Shown in pieces: positions 1-9,566 of a stretch of 40,302 nucleotides of DNA. Positions within the stretch are counted from its first letter, which is position 1; every line of letters begins with the position of its first letter. The notes beneath the pieces were generated by a model. It did not search any database, had not been told where the DNA came from, and worked only from the letters and a program-made list of their open reading frames with translations. This DNA comes from Alphaproteobacteria bacterium (GTDB lineage Bacteria > Pseudomonadota > Alphaproteobacteria > UBA7879 > VGCX01). The stretch lies in assembly GCA_016869935.1 (NCBI GenBank), contig VGCX01000003.1:1-40302 (forward strand). The letters run 5' to 3'. Position numbers and translations under genes: made by a program.

Positions 1-64
1 CCCAGAAGTAGATTTTTATATGAAAGGATCTATAGAAGATGTCCTAAAAACAACAAAGAAATGA
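1..64 (+). CDS. atpD: F0F1 ATP synthase beta subunit, 3' end (partial)
   Basis: The frame from nt 2 reads PEVDFYMKGSIEDVLKTTKK*, resembling the beta C-terminal PEQAFYMVGxIEE motif. The TGA stop overlaps the ATG of atpC (ATGA). Confidence 0.85.
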   Translation, partial: PEVDFYMKGSIEDVLKTTKK

Positions 65-471
65 AAGAACTAGCGCTCCATATTCAAACACCTAAAGAGA
101 CGTTTATACACAATAGCGTCTCTAAGATCCAATTACCCGGATCAATAGGTCCTGTTGGAGTTTTACCCAATCACGCCCCAATGATTTTAGAATTAATCTC
201 TGGCGTTATTCATATTTCTAAGACAGATTCTTCTTCGCAACGCTATTTTATTAATCCTGGAATTGCTTATGTAAAAAAAGATTTATGTCTCATTTTGACT
301 GAACAATCAAAACATCTCTCGGATCTTGATGCGCTTGTTTTAAACGCAGAGCTAGAAAACTATCATCAAACGCTTGCAGGACTTGATGTAGGATACGAAT
401 ACCGTCTTATTGAACGTCAAATTAAAATCATTCGAACAATGCTAAAGGCTTTGAAAGAAGAAACCCTATAA
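61..471 (+). CDS. atpC: F0F1 ATP synthase epsilon subunit
   Basis: LHIQTP...LPGSIGPVGVLPNHAP motif, 136 aa, follows atpD. Confidence 0.9.
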   Translation: MKELALHIQTPKETFIHNSVSKIQLPGSIGPVGVLPNHAPMILELISGVIHISKTDSSSQRYFINPGIAYVKKDLCLILTEQSKHLSDLDALVLNAELENYHQTLAGLDVGYEYRLIERQIKIIRTMLKALKEETL

Positions 472-473
472 GC

Positions 474-1010
474 CTAATTCTCTAAAAACCACAGCGCTGT
501 TTTTCCATAAATACGATGGTCTTTTATTCTGTAACTATTCTCTAAAATTAACTCTTCTTTCGCTGTTTCAACAACAATCAACCCTTTTCCTTTAAGCCAT
601 TCGTATCGTTTTATGGTTTCCAAAAGGTCATGTATGGGAATTTTCCCATAAGGAGGGTCTATAAAAATAAGATCTACAGGCTCTCTGGGATTTTTTGACA
701 AAAAATCAAAAACGTTTTGAGGGCTAATAAAACATTTGTCGTGAAAAATTTTTGTATTTTCGTTAAGAATCTTCAAGGCCTCAAGATGATTATCAACGAA
801 CACTGCTTTTTTGGCCCCTCTTGATAAGGCCTCAATTCCCAAAGCGCCGCTCCCTGCAAAAAGATCTAAAACAGCAATATCTTGGAAAATCATACAATTT
901 GACAAAATATTAAATAAATTTTCCTTGATGCGATCGCTGGTTGGGCGCGTTGCGCTATCTAAAGGAGACTTAAGTTTTTTACCACGATAAACACCCCCAA
1001 TAATACGCAT
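474..1010 (-). CDS. rsmD: 16S rRNA m2G966 methyltransferase
   Basis: MRIIGG...RPTSDRIKE, LDLFAGSGALGIEALSRGA and DPPY motifs. Confidence 0.95.
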   Translation of the reverse strand: MRIIGGVYRGKKLKSPLDSATRPTSDRIKENLFNILSNCMIFQDIAVLDLFAGSGALGIEALSRGAKKAVFVDNHLEALKILNENTKIFHDKCFISPQNVFDFLSKNPREPVDLIFIDPPYGKIPIHDLLETIKRYEWLKGKGLIVVETAKEELILENSYRIKDHRIYGKTALWFLEN

Positions 1011-1016
1011 TGATTC

Positions 1017-2759
1017 CTACATTTTTTCAGGAATATCAATGCCTAAAAGGCCTGTAAGATTCTCTAAAACTTCAAGAGTTTTTTTCGTAATAGAAATTCT
1101 TGATCCTTGAAGTGTCTTATCTTTCTCATTCAAAATATAGGCAACCTGATAAAACCGGCTAAATTTTTGACAAAGATCAAAAGCATAGTCACATAAAATG
1201 TGAGGGGATAACTTTTCATAAGCTCTTAAAACATAGTCATCAAAGCGTGTTAAAGAAAGGACAAGCTCTCTTTCTTCGGGTAGAAGTGTTGGTAAAATTG
1301 GGCCTTCTTTAAGACCAGACTCCCTTATTTTTTGAAGCATTGAGCGCATTCTAACGCCTGCATATAAAATATAAGGACCTGTTTTTCCTTCAAATTTCAT
1401 AAATTTTTCAATATCGAATTGATAGTTTTGAACAGGGTCATGTTGAAGGTCTGCAAATTTTATGGCAGCAATCCCAATTTTTTGAGCAATATCTTGAAGT
1501 GTTGCAGGGGATAAGTCTTTTCCAAGCCCTGCATCTGTAATCCTTTTAAGGGCCTCAGAGATCAGCATATCAATAAGCTCTCCAAGGCGCATAACGCCCC
1601 CTTCTCTTGTTTTAAAAGGTTTCCCATCAGACCCATTCATTGTACCAAAGCCAATAAAGTCATAGTGAGCCTGGAGCCCTATTTTTTTTGCAGCACGGAA
1701 AACTTGCTCAAAGTGAAGACCCTGACGTCCATCAACAACATAGATGATGCGCTCTGCCCCAAAAACATTCACACGTTCTGCAACCGTTGCAAGGTCTGTG
1801 GTGGCATACAAAAACCCTCCGTCTTTCTTTTGCAAAAGAAGAGGCGGAACAGGCGCCTTGTCTGCTTCTTCCTCGACTTCTATGATCAGGGCCCCTTCAC
1901 TTGTCTTGGCTATTTTTGATTTTATAAGACGGTCTAGTAGAGGCGGAATTTGGTCTTGATACCGACTTTCCCCAAACCATTGATCAAACTCAACACCAAG
2001 TTTTTGAAGGTGCTCTTTCATATCCTGAATGGATATATCAACAAAATGCTGCCAAAGAGCCCTGTATCCGCGCCTTCCTTGCTGTAATTCAACAGTTGCA
2101 AGTCGAGCTTTTTCAGCAATAGTTTCATCAATTTTACATTTTCCAGAAATGATAGGGTAAATTTCTTGTAAGTCTTCCAGTGTTACAGGCGAATTTTTAG
2201 GGTACGACCCTTGAAATTCTTGATCAAAATACGGAAGATCTGGGTGTCTTAGGCTCAGTTCATAAATCATCATGCCCATCTGGGTGCCCCAGTCACCCAT
2301 ATGAATATCACCGATCACATCATGCCCAATAAAAACACAAAGACGTTTTAAGGTTTCTCCAATAATAGTGGAACGAAGGTGACCAACATGCATAGGCTTT
2401 GCAACATTGGGGCCACAATAATCGATAATAACTTTTTGCTTTGGAATGGAAAATTGGCAAAAGGATTGGGTGTTAACGTAATGACCAAGATCTAGAGTAG
2501 AAATTTTTATATTAATGAACCCAGGACCTGCAATCTCTATTTCTAAACTTGGTATCGCGTCTTTAAGTTTCTTAGCAAGGATGTCGCCAAGAACACGAGG
2601 ATTTTTGCTAAGTATCTTGGCACCCGTAAGAGCCCCATTGCACTGATAGTCACCCAAATCCGGTCTATCTGATATTTTTAAAGACCCAAGATGACCATCT
2701 AATCCTTCTTCTTTAAAAATATCTTTGAGCTTTGTTTCTATAAATTGTTGGGGCGTCAT
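1017..2759 (-). CDS. argS: Arginine--tRNA ligase
   Basis: GDYQCN, PNVAKPMHVGHLRS (HIGH), GDWGTQMG, FKTREG and C-terminal PEKM. Confidence 0.97.
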   Translation of the reverse strand: MTPQQFIETKLKDIFKEEGLDGHLGSLKISDRPDLGDYQCNGALTGAKILSKNPRVLGDILAKKLKDAIPSLEIEIAGPGFINIKISTLDLGHYVNTQSFCQFSIPKQKVIIDYCGPNVAKPMHVGHLRSTIIGETLKRLCVFIGHDVIGDIHMGDWGTQMGMMIYELSLRHPDLPYFDQEFQGSYPKNSPVTLEDLQEIYPIISGKCKIDETIAEKARLATVELQQGRRGYRALWQHFVDISIQDMKEHLQKLGVEFDQWFGESRYQDQIPPLLDRLIKSKIAKTSEGALIIEVEEEADKAPVPPLLLQKKDGGFLYATTDLATVAERVNVFGAERIIYVVDGRQGLHFEQVFRAAKKIGLQAHYDFIGFGTMNGSDGKPFKTREGGVMRLGELIDMLISEALKRITDAGLGKDLSPATLQDIAQKIGIAAIKFADLQHDPVQNYQFDIEKFMKFEGKTGPYILYAGVRMRSMLQKIRESGLKEGPILPTLLPEERELVLSLTRFDDYVLRAYEKLSPHILCDYAFDLCQKFSRFYQVAYILNEKDKTLQGSRISITKKTLEVLENLTGLLGIDIPEKM

Positions 2760-2773
2760 TTTGTCCTCTAACG

Positions 2774-2812
2774 AAAAAAAGGCCTACTCAGCAATCCTAA
2801 GTAAGGCCTTTT
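2774..2812 (-). terminator. Intrinsic terminator downstream of rpsD
   Basis: Imperfect inverted repeat AAAAGGCCTACT...AGTAAGGCCTTTT followed by a T7 run on the minus strand. Confidence 0.65.
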
Positions 2813-2831
2813 GTCTTAAAATTACTCCGAA

Positions 2832-3449
2832 TTATCGTGAGTAGAATTCCACAACTAAATGTGGTTCCATTTGAACCGGGTAAGGAACATCTTCAAACTT
2901 TGGCGCTCGAAGGAATTTTCCTTTCATGGACTTATGATCTACATCCAAATAATCAGGGACATCTCTTTCTCCTGATTGAGAAGCCTCAACAACCATATTA
3001 ATGGCACGAGAACGTTCCCGTACTTCAATCACATCGCCTTCTTTCACTTGATAAGAAGGAATGTTGGTTTTCTTTCCATTCACAAGAATATGTCCATGGC
3101 TGACAAACTGACGGGCAGAGAAAACAGTTGGAACAAACTTCATGCGATAAATAACAGCATCCAAACGCTTCTCCAAAAGACCAATCAAGTTTTCGCTTGT
3201 GTCTCCAGAAAGGCGTGAAGCTTCCTTAAACGTATTACGGAACTGACGTTCGCCAATACTTCCGTAGTACCCCTTAAGCTTCTGCTTTGCATTAAGCTGA
3301 ATACCGAAGTCCGTTGTTTTTTTGCGACGGCTGGGACCATGTTGACCAGGGCCATAAGGACGCGCATTAACAGGACTCTTAGGGCGACCCCAAAGGTTTT
3401 CCCCTAAACGACGGTTAATTTTATACTTTGAACTTAATCTTTTACTCAT
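2832..3449 (-). CDS. rpsD: 30S ribosomal protein S4
   Basis: [27 protein letters not shown] and VVEFYSR; alphaproteobacterial-type N-terminus. Confidence 0.98.
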   Translation of the reverse strand: MSKRLSSKYKINRRLGENLWGRPKSPVNARPYGPGQHGPSRRKKTTDFGIQLNAKQKLKGYYGSIGERQFRNTFKEASRLSGDTSENLIGLLEKRLDAVIYRMKFVPTVFSARQFVSHGHILVNGKKTNIPSYQVKEGDVIEVRERSRAINMVVEASQSGERDVPDYLDVDHKSMKGKFLRAPKFEDVPYPVQMEPHLVVEFYSR

Positions 3450-3501
3450 TGACTATAAACTCTAACAAATACTTCCTTGTTGTTTAAACAAATTTAACCC
3501 T

Positions 3502-3526
3502 TGTTGTCAAACGATTTTTGACAACA
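3502..3526. promoter_or_regulatory. 10-bp perfect inverted repeat containing TTGACA, upstream of rpsD
   Basis: TGTTGTCAAA-cgatt-TTTGACAACA. The minus-strand TTGACA at 3505-3510 is positioned as a possible rpsD -35 box. Confidence 0.45.
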
Positions 3527-3534
3527 GAGAAAGT

Positions 3535-4272
3535 CTACTTCCTATATGTGGGGAGTGGCCCTCGAAAAGTCAAGGCCGAAACAACCCCTCTCAGTGTTCG
3601 AACGTCTTGAGTTGACAAGGGAATATGCTGAAACATGCTCCGAAGATTTCGAACCATACGAGGTTTTTTGTCTTGGGGTAAAAAAAAGTCAGTTTTATCA
3701 AGCTCTCTTTCTAAGTGTTCGAATAAATTTATTAAATCTTCCTTTGGAGCTGGGGTATTGGTAATACCGTGATTTGTTTTATAAACACGCGTAGATTTTT
3801 CTCTTTGATACCATTCATAAGTACAAATAAGCACTGCTTGGGCTAAATTAAGCGAAGAATACTCAGGATTAAGAGGAATTTCAATAATTCGATTAGCCAA
3901 GGCAATATCATCATTATCAAGCCCTGCCCGTTCTTTTCCAAAAAGGATCCCAACTTTTTGATCTGGATTCTTTTTAATATGCAAAGCGGCTTGATTAGGC
4001 GTTACAACCCTTTTTTCCATATCTCTTGGACGTGCCGTTGTTGCAAAAACCCAATCAAGATCAGCAATAGCTTCTTTTGTTGTGTTGAAAACTGTAGCCT
4101 TTTGAACGTCTTCTCCAGCACCCGCTGCTGCCTTAATTGTATGCTCATTCAGCCAATGAATACGCGGACGCACAAGCCTTAAATCACAAAGCTCACAATT
4201 TTTCATAGCACGTGCGACCATACCAATATTTTCTCCAAGTTGTGGGTCAATCAGAATAATTGCTGGTTTCAT
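3535..4272 (-). CDS. trmJ: TrmJ/LasT-family SPOUT tRNA/rRNA methyltransferase
   Basis: PQLGENIGMVARAMKN, ATTAR, LFGKERAGL and SLNLAQAV motifs. Confidence 0.9.
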   Translation of the reverse strand: MKPAIILIDPQLGENIGMVARAMKNCELCDLRLVRPRIHWLNEHTIKAAAGAGEDVQKATVFNTTKEAIADLDWVFATTARPRDMEKRVVTPNQAALHIKKNPDQKVGILFGKERAGLDNDDIALANRIIEIPLNPEYSSLNLAQAVLICTYEWYQREKSTRVYKTNHGITNTPAPKEDLINLFEHLERELDKTDFFLPQDKKPRMVRNLRSMFQHIPLSTQDVRTLRGVVSALTFRGPLPTYRK

Positions 4273-5210
4273 GAAGATTCCTCTAGACTTTTTGGGGTTG
4301 CAGCCCTGATCAAGCGATCATTGATCGCTTTTCCAATGCCACTATTGGGGATAGGAGCAATCGCAATCGCGTAGAACTGATTTGGATCATCGAGGACATG
4401 AAGCATTTTGAATAAATTAGATCCCGCTTTCTCTAAATTGCCTTCTCTGCTTAAGTTTAATGTTTCTTTAGGATGAGGAGCTCCAAAGTTTAAAAAAGCT
4501 TCTTTTTCTAGAGGATACTCCGCGTTTAATCGGATAGGAAGAGTGGGGGCGTAGTGATGCTTTAACTGGCCTGGTGACTTTATTTTTTCAACAGTTGTGG
4601 AAAGCTTGATCGAAGGAATATAGTCCTGAATGGCTTCTAAAGATAAAGCCCCATATCGAAGAAGGGTAGGGATTGAAGTTGAAAAATCGATAATCGTTGA
4701 TTCTAGACCGCATTCACAAGAAGCAGGGTCTTCTAAAACATAAATACCTTGCCCCAGAGATCTTCTTACATGCGCTGCTGTCGTACAGCTTAACGTGTTG
4801 GACGCATTAGCGCTGGGAGCAGCAATCGGCTTTCCATAGCCTTTCAAAAGCTCTCGACACAAAGGATGGCGGGGAACCCGTAGACCTATGGTTGAAAGGC
4901 CCGCTGTAACAGAGGGAGCAATTGGCGCGCCTTCTTTTAAAGGTACTACAATCGTTAAGGGTCCTGGCCAATAATTGTTAACAAGAGGCAGGGCTTCTTG
5001 TGGAACATAGGCAATAGTATCGGCCCACGAAAGATCCAGCAAATGAACAATCAGTGGATTAAAGCCAGGACGCTTCTTTGTTGTAAAAATTTTCTGAACA
5101 GCTTGTTCATTTGAGGCATCAGCACCCAATCCATAAACAGTTTCTGTTGGAAAGGCGATAACATCTCCAGTGTTCAAAAGATCGATTGCTTTTTTAATAT
5201 CCGATATCAT
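4269..5210 (-). CDS. sua5: L-threonylcarbamoyladenylate synthase, Sua5 type
   Basis: FPTETVYGLGA, NPLIVH, WPGPLT and APSAN, plus the Sua5 linker/C-domain SPGQLKHHYAP...AINDRL. Confidence 0.95.
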   Translation of the reverse strand: MISDIKKAIDLLNTGDVIAFPTETVYGLGADASNEQAVQKIFTTKKRPGFNPLIVHLLDLSWADTIAYVPQEALPLVNNYWPGPLTIVVPLKEGAPIAPSVTAGLSTIGLRVPRHPLCRELLKGYGKPIAAPSANASNTLSCTTAAHVRRSLGQGIYVLEDPASCECGLESTIIDFSTSIPTLLRYGALSLEAIQDYIPSIKLSTTVEKIKSPGQLKHHYAPTLPIRLNAEYPLEKEAFLNFGAPHPKETLNLSREGNLEKAGSNLFKMLHVLDDPNQFYAIAIAPIPNSGIGKAINDRLIRAATPKSLEESS

Positions 5211-5431
5211 GAAGCCAAAAGATTTTTATAATAAAGACAAACATAAACGCGAAGAGCACTAGAAAGGTTCCCTTTACGGTTTTGATCTATTTCTTCTATA
5301 AGCGCCTTAAGAGAAATTTTTTTTTGATCCGCAATATGTTTCAATGTCTCCCAAAAAACAGTTTCAATCGTAATGCTTGTTTGGTGACCAAATAAATTAA
5401 TGGAATGTTTTTTTAAGGATGGCTCAATCAT
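5207..5431 (-). CDS. Ribbon-helix-helix domain protein (RHH_4-like)
   Basis: [20 protein letters not shown]...NLSSALRV matches the alphaproteobacterial RHH family often found next to fumC. ATGA-coupled on both sides. Confidence 0.85.
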   Translation of the reverse strand: MIEPSLKKHSINLFGHQTSITIETVFWETLKHIADQKKISLKALIEEIDQNRKGNLSSALRVYVCLYYKNLLAS

Positions 5432-6807
5432 GACTCTTTTGGTTCAATCATTTCCTCAGGACGAACCCACTCGTCAAATTCTTCTGCGGTCAAATAGCCA
5501 AGATCAAGCGCTGATTCCTTCAACGAAAGGTTTTCCTTATAAGCTTTTTTTGCAATCGTTGCCGCTTTATCGTAGCCAATTTTACGATTTAAAGCTGTAA
5601 CAATCATTAAAGATCGTTCTACATAGGATTTAATTTTGTCCTTATCAAGTTCAAGATCTTTTAGGCAATTTTCCGTAAAACTTTTAACGCTATCCGTTAA
5701 AAGCTGAATGGACTGTAAGATATTATAAATAATGACCGGTTTAAAAACATTAAGCTGAAAATGCCCCTGGCTTCCCGCAACAGTGACGGTTGTATGGTTT
5801 CCCATAACTTGGGCAGCGACCATGGTTAAGGCCTCTGCTTGGGTGGGATTAACTTTTCCTGGCATGATGGAGGACCCTGGCTCATTTTCTGGAAGGATGA
5901 GCTCTCCAAAACCACACCGAGGGCCTGATCCAAGAAGCCGTATATCATTAGCAATTTTCATAAGAGAAACGGCGATAACATTCAAAGCACCCGAAACCTC
6001 TACAAGGGTATCATGGGTTGCAAGAGCTTCGAATTTATTAGAAGCACTTGTAAACGCATACCCAGAATAATGAGACAATTCTTTTACAAACTCTTCAGCA
6101 AACTTAGGATGGGCATTAAGGCCTGTACCAACGGCTGTTCCTCCCTGCGCAAGACTTAAAAGCCGAGGAAGCGTTGATAAAATACGTTCTTTGTTTAAGT
6201 GAATTTGTTCTCTATAAGCGGAAAATTCTTGGGCAACAGTCATAGGCGTTGCATCTTGTAGATGGGTACGACCTACTTTAATGATATTATTGAAACGGAG
6301 CTCTAATACTGAAAGGGCATCTTCCATAGAGCTTAAAGCAGGCAATAACCCTTCATGAAGTGCAAGCGTCGTTGCAATATGCATAACCGTTGGAAAAGAA
6401 TCATTTGTTGATTGGCCTTGGTTTACGTGGTCATTAGGGTGAATTGTCAGGCCCGATATTTCTTGCCCTCTACAGGCAATTACTTCATTAAAATTCATAT
6501 TTGTTTGTGTACCGGATCCTGTTTGCCATACAACAAGAGGAAATTGGTCATAAAGCTGACCATGAATAATCTCCTCACAAACACTTACAATTGCAAGCGC
6601 TCGCTCTTGATCAAGCCGCCCAACTTTTTGGTTTGCAACAGCTGCAGCCCTTTTTTGAAGGGCAAACGCTTTAACAAAAAGAGTGGGGAACGTTTCGGTG
6701 CCAATTTTAAAATTTTCTAGAGATCTTTGAGTTTGGGCGCCCCAATACTTATCTTTAGGTACTAAAACAATACCAAAGGAGTCCTTTTCTTCACGATATT
6801 GCGTCAT
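5428..6807 (-). CDS. fumC: Class II fumarate hydratase
   Basis: [27 protein letters not shown] and the [13 protein letters not shown] signature. Confidence 0.98.
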   Translation of the reverse strand: MTQYREEKDSFGIVLVPKDKYWGAQTQRSLENFKIGTETFPTLFVKAFALQKRAAAVANQKVGRLDQERALAIVSVCEEIIHGQLYDQFPLVVWQTGSGTQTNMNFNEVIACRGQEISGLTIHPNDHVNQGQSTNDSFPTVMHIATTLALHEGLLPALSSMEDALSVLELRFNNIIKVGRTHLQDATPMTVAQEFSAYREQIHLNKERILSTLPRLLSLAQGGTAVGTGLNAHPKFAEEFVKELSHYSGYAFTSASNKFEALATHDTLVEVSGALNVIAVSLMKIANDIRLLGSGPRCGFGELILPENEPGSSIMPGKVNPTQAEALTMVAAQVMGNHTTVTVAGSQGHFQLNVFKPVIIYNILQSIQLLTDSVKSFTENCLKDLELDKDKIKSYVERSLMIVTALNRKIGYDKAATIAKKAYKENLSLKESALDLGYLTAEEFDEWVRPEEMIEPKES

Positions 6808-6816
6808 GTTTTTCTC

Positions 6817-7221
6817 TTAAGATAGCAAATAATCAAAATTAGGTTTTTCTTCAAAAAACCACTGAGCAAGGGAAAGCTCTTTTTTTGAACCAACAGTTAG
6901 AACAAGACGCTTGTTCTCGCTAATAAGCACCATAGATTCACAAAACGTAGCGCCACTTTCTTGATGGATAAGATTGATGATCTTTTGTCCAAATAAAAAT
7001 CTTTCCCAGCGATAGAAGCCAAGAACGGGTTGATCCAAAATAAGAGTTGGATCATTGTTGTAAAGACCTTTTTCAAGGTAAGCATTCATGAAAGAAGGAG
7101 GGGCGATAAACTTTAAAATGTTAGGCCCTTCTAAAACAAGGATGGATAGAAAAACAACCCCTTTTGGTTGAAGGGTCTTTAGAAATACATCTTCCGGATT
7201 TACTGCAATTTTTGTATTCAT
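6817..7221 (-). CDS. Probable stand-alone LuxR-type autoinducer-binding domain protein (no HTH)
   Basis: F44-Y48-D57-P58-W72 has the same spacing as TraR W57-Y61-D70-P71-W85. The 134-aa ORF ends about 10 nt before fumC. Confidence 0.6.
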   Translation of the reverse strand: MNTKIAVNPEDVFLKTLQPKGVVFLSILVLEGPNILKFIAPPSFMNAYLEKGLYNNDPTLILDQPVLGFYRWERFLFGQKIINLIHQESGATFCESMVLISENKRLVLTVGSKKELSLAQWFFEEKPNFDYLLS

Positions 7222-7224
7222 CGT

Positions 7225-8643
7225 CTAGGCACTTTCTCTTAGAGTATCGATAGCGCTTTGTATGGGAGGAACCATATAAGAAGGAAGGGGTGCCTCAAAT
7301 AAAGATAAGATCGTTGGGGCAGCCGCAATAGATTCAACGATTGGTCTTTTTGTAAAGGCGGGAAGTCCCTTTTTATAAATAATCATAGTGCCTTCAGGTT
7401 GGTGATACCCTGTTCCTGGATCTCGAGCTTCTACAGAAATACCTAAATCTTCAAAGGATATTTTTTCTTTTTTCTGATCACGGTAAAGACCTCCAGACCT
7501 TACAAGAGCGGCGGTTGTTTGTAGGTTAATATTGAGGGTCAATCCAGATTTTTTGAATCCAAAAACGGGTGTTCCATTCGAATCTGTTAAGTTTAAAACG
7601 GCGTTTTGGAATACCTTCAGATCATCCGATGATTCAAACTCAAAGGCAAAATCTGGACTCATCGCCATATTATTTTTAATGGGTTTATTAAAGTGAATAG
7701 CCCGATAAAACTTATCCATGTGACGCAGTTGCAATTGGCCCAAGAACTCCCCTCGATCAATTGCCTCTTGCCCCATACTGGAGGCTATCATAAGCGTATA
7801 TTTGTTAGCATCTGCAAATTCTTTAAGCTTTTTAAGTTGACCATCTGCAATCTGCATTGCTCGAAGAATAGCATGCGATCTGAAGTAGTCATGATTTGTC
7901 TTCAGCTTATAATTAAAATCTTCCGGGTAAAGATATTTCCAATACCGATGCATCATACCAGCAACATGGTTTGTAAAAAAAGTCGTATAGGCAGGCTTCT
8001 TTTTTTGTAAAATACTAAAAAAAAGATCAAAAGCAACAGGAGACTGATAAATGGAACGAATATGCTTAAAGTTTTTATTGAGCATCTCACGAATAAGTTG
8101 TCTTACAAGAAGTAAAATTGTTTTTATTGTAAGGCCATTTTGAATCATTTGAAAAAGATCTCTAAGGGATCCTAGACTTAAAAAAACGCCTTGAGCAACA
8201 ACGCCCCCATCCCTTTTTGTTTGTGCAAGATTAACTCGCTGAAAACACTCTAGAGCATGCGGCAACGTTTGTGGCGTTTTTGCAAAGGTATCAGAAATAT
8301 AAAAAGAGTAATTACCTGTGGTTGGAATAGGCCAAGACTGAAGGCTTCCAAAAACACCGGTTGAAATACCTTGTTCTGCAATCAGTTCCCAAGTTGGTTT
8401 ATAGTTGGTTACAATTTCCTGATTTAAAAACCGGATATCATGGGTGTCATTGTAAACCCCCCGATGAAAAGTTGGCCACGTCGTCCACGGATGCAGTTCA
8501 CCTGAATCTTTAGTATAGGTTTTATAATGCAATGATTCTTTTAACAAAGAAGCCAAGGTAGAGGTTGGATACTTTTCAACAAACGTATCAACAACGCGCC
8601 AGGGAACTTCATTTAGCTCATAAAGAATTATTTTAGACATCAA
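7225..8643 (-). CDS. Alkaline phosphatase/nucleotide pyrophosphatase superfamily-like protein
   Basis: ILYELNEVP, HPWTTWPTFHRG, NHVAGMMHRYW, ASSMG, GYHQPEG and AAPTIL occur in the order of the AlkP-superfamily core motifs. Confidence 0.6.
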   Translation of the reverse strand: MMSKIILYELNEVPWRVVDTFVEKYPTSTLASLLKESLHYKTYTKDSGELHPWTTWPTFHRGVYNDTHDIRFLNQEIVTNYKPTWELIAEQGISTGVFGSLQSWPIPTTGNYSFYISDTFAKTPQTLPHALECFQRVNLAQTKRDGGVVAQGVFLSLGSLRDLFQMIQNGLTIKTILLLVRQLIREMLNKNFKHIRSIYQSPVAFDLFFSILQKKKPAYTTFFTNHVAGMMHRYWKYLYPEDFNYKLKTNHDYFRSHAILRAMQIADGQLKKLKEFADANKYTLMIASSMGQEAIDRGEFLGQLQLRHMDKFYRAIHFNKPIKNNMAMSPDFAFEFESSDDLKVFQNAVLNLTDSNGTPVFGFKKSGLTLNINLQTTAALVRSGGLYRDQKKEKISFEDLGISVEARDPGTGYHQPEGTMIIYKKGLPAFTKRPIVESIAAAPTILSLFEAPLPSYMVPPIQSAIDTLRESA

Positions 8644-8693
8644 AATTTCCAGTTCATTAAGCTCACTAGTTTAGCCTGATTTCTATTGAATGC

Positions 8694-9566
8694 CTAGAGG
8701 GCTAGAAGGTTTTTCCAGGAAATTTTATGAAAATGACAGCAGCTTTTTAAAGTATTGATCATTAAATAACTAATGGTCATGGGGCCTACACCCCCAGGAA
8801 CGGGGCTTATGGCCGATGCTTTTTCTTTAACCGCGTTAAAGGCAACATCACCTACTGTTAACTCTTGATCATTCTTGGAAATACCAACATCGATCACGCA
8901 AGCCCCCTCTTTGATAAAGTCAGCTTGAATTAAATTTGGATGACCTGTTGCAACAACCAAAATATCAGCAAGACGTGTAATATCTTTTAGGTTTTTTGTG
9001 TGCGTATGAGCCTGAATGACCGTTACATTTTCTTTTAAAAGCATCGCTGCAATTGGCTTTCCAACAAGGGTGGATCTTCCAACAACAACGGCAACTAACC
9101 CTCGAAGATCCGATCGCCATTGATGAATAAGGTGAAGACAGCCTTGGGGAGTACAAGGATAAAGCGCATCAACACCTTGGACAAGCTTTCCCATATTAAG
9201 CGGATGGAGGCCATCAACATCTTTAGAGGGATTAATTGTTTCGATAAGTTTTTGGGCATCGAGCGCAACAGGGACAGGCAATTGGAGTAAAATTCCATGA
9301 ACACTATCATCATGATTAAGCGTTTGAATAAGATCAAGGCATTCTTCAAGAGACGACTCTGCAGGCAGACGAAAGATTTCTGTTTGAATCCCAATACGGG
9401 AGGCAAACTCTTGTTTTTTTTCAACATATAAAAGGCTTGCTGGACGGCTTCCTATCACTATGACAGCAAGTTTTGGTACAAGGGAATAAAGAGCTTTTAA
9501 AGCCTTAATTCTCTCTTCTAAACAATGGGCTATTTTTGCTTGTTCTACAACACCATTAAGGATCAT
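8694..9566 (-). CDS. folD: Bifunctional methylene-THF dehydrogenase/cyclohydrolase
   Basis: GILLQLP, KDVDGLHP, PCTPQG, VGRSTLVGKP and PVPGGVGPMT. Confidence 0.97.
   Translation of the reverse strand: MILNGVVEQAKIAHCLEERIKALKALYSLVPKLAVIVIGSRPASLLYVEKKQEFASRIGIQTEIFRLPAESSLEECLDLIQTLNHDDSVHGILLQLPVPVALDAQKLIETINPSKDVDGLHPLNMGKLVQGVDALYPCTPQGCLHLIHQWRSDLRGLVAVVVGRSTLVGKPIAAMLLKENVTVIQAHTHTKNLKDITRLADILVVATGHPNLIQADFIKEGACVIDVGISKNDQELTVGDVAFNAVKEKASAISPVPGGVGPMTISYLMINTLKSCCHFHKISWKNLLAL

Noticed and set aside
3484-3499. CtrA-box-like TTAA...TTAAC upstream of rpsD
   Set aside because: The spacing is N6, not the canonical TTAA-N7-TTAA.
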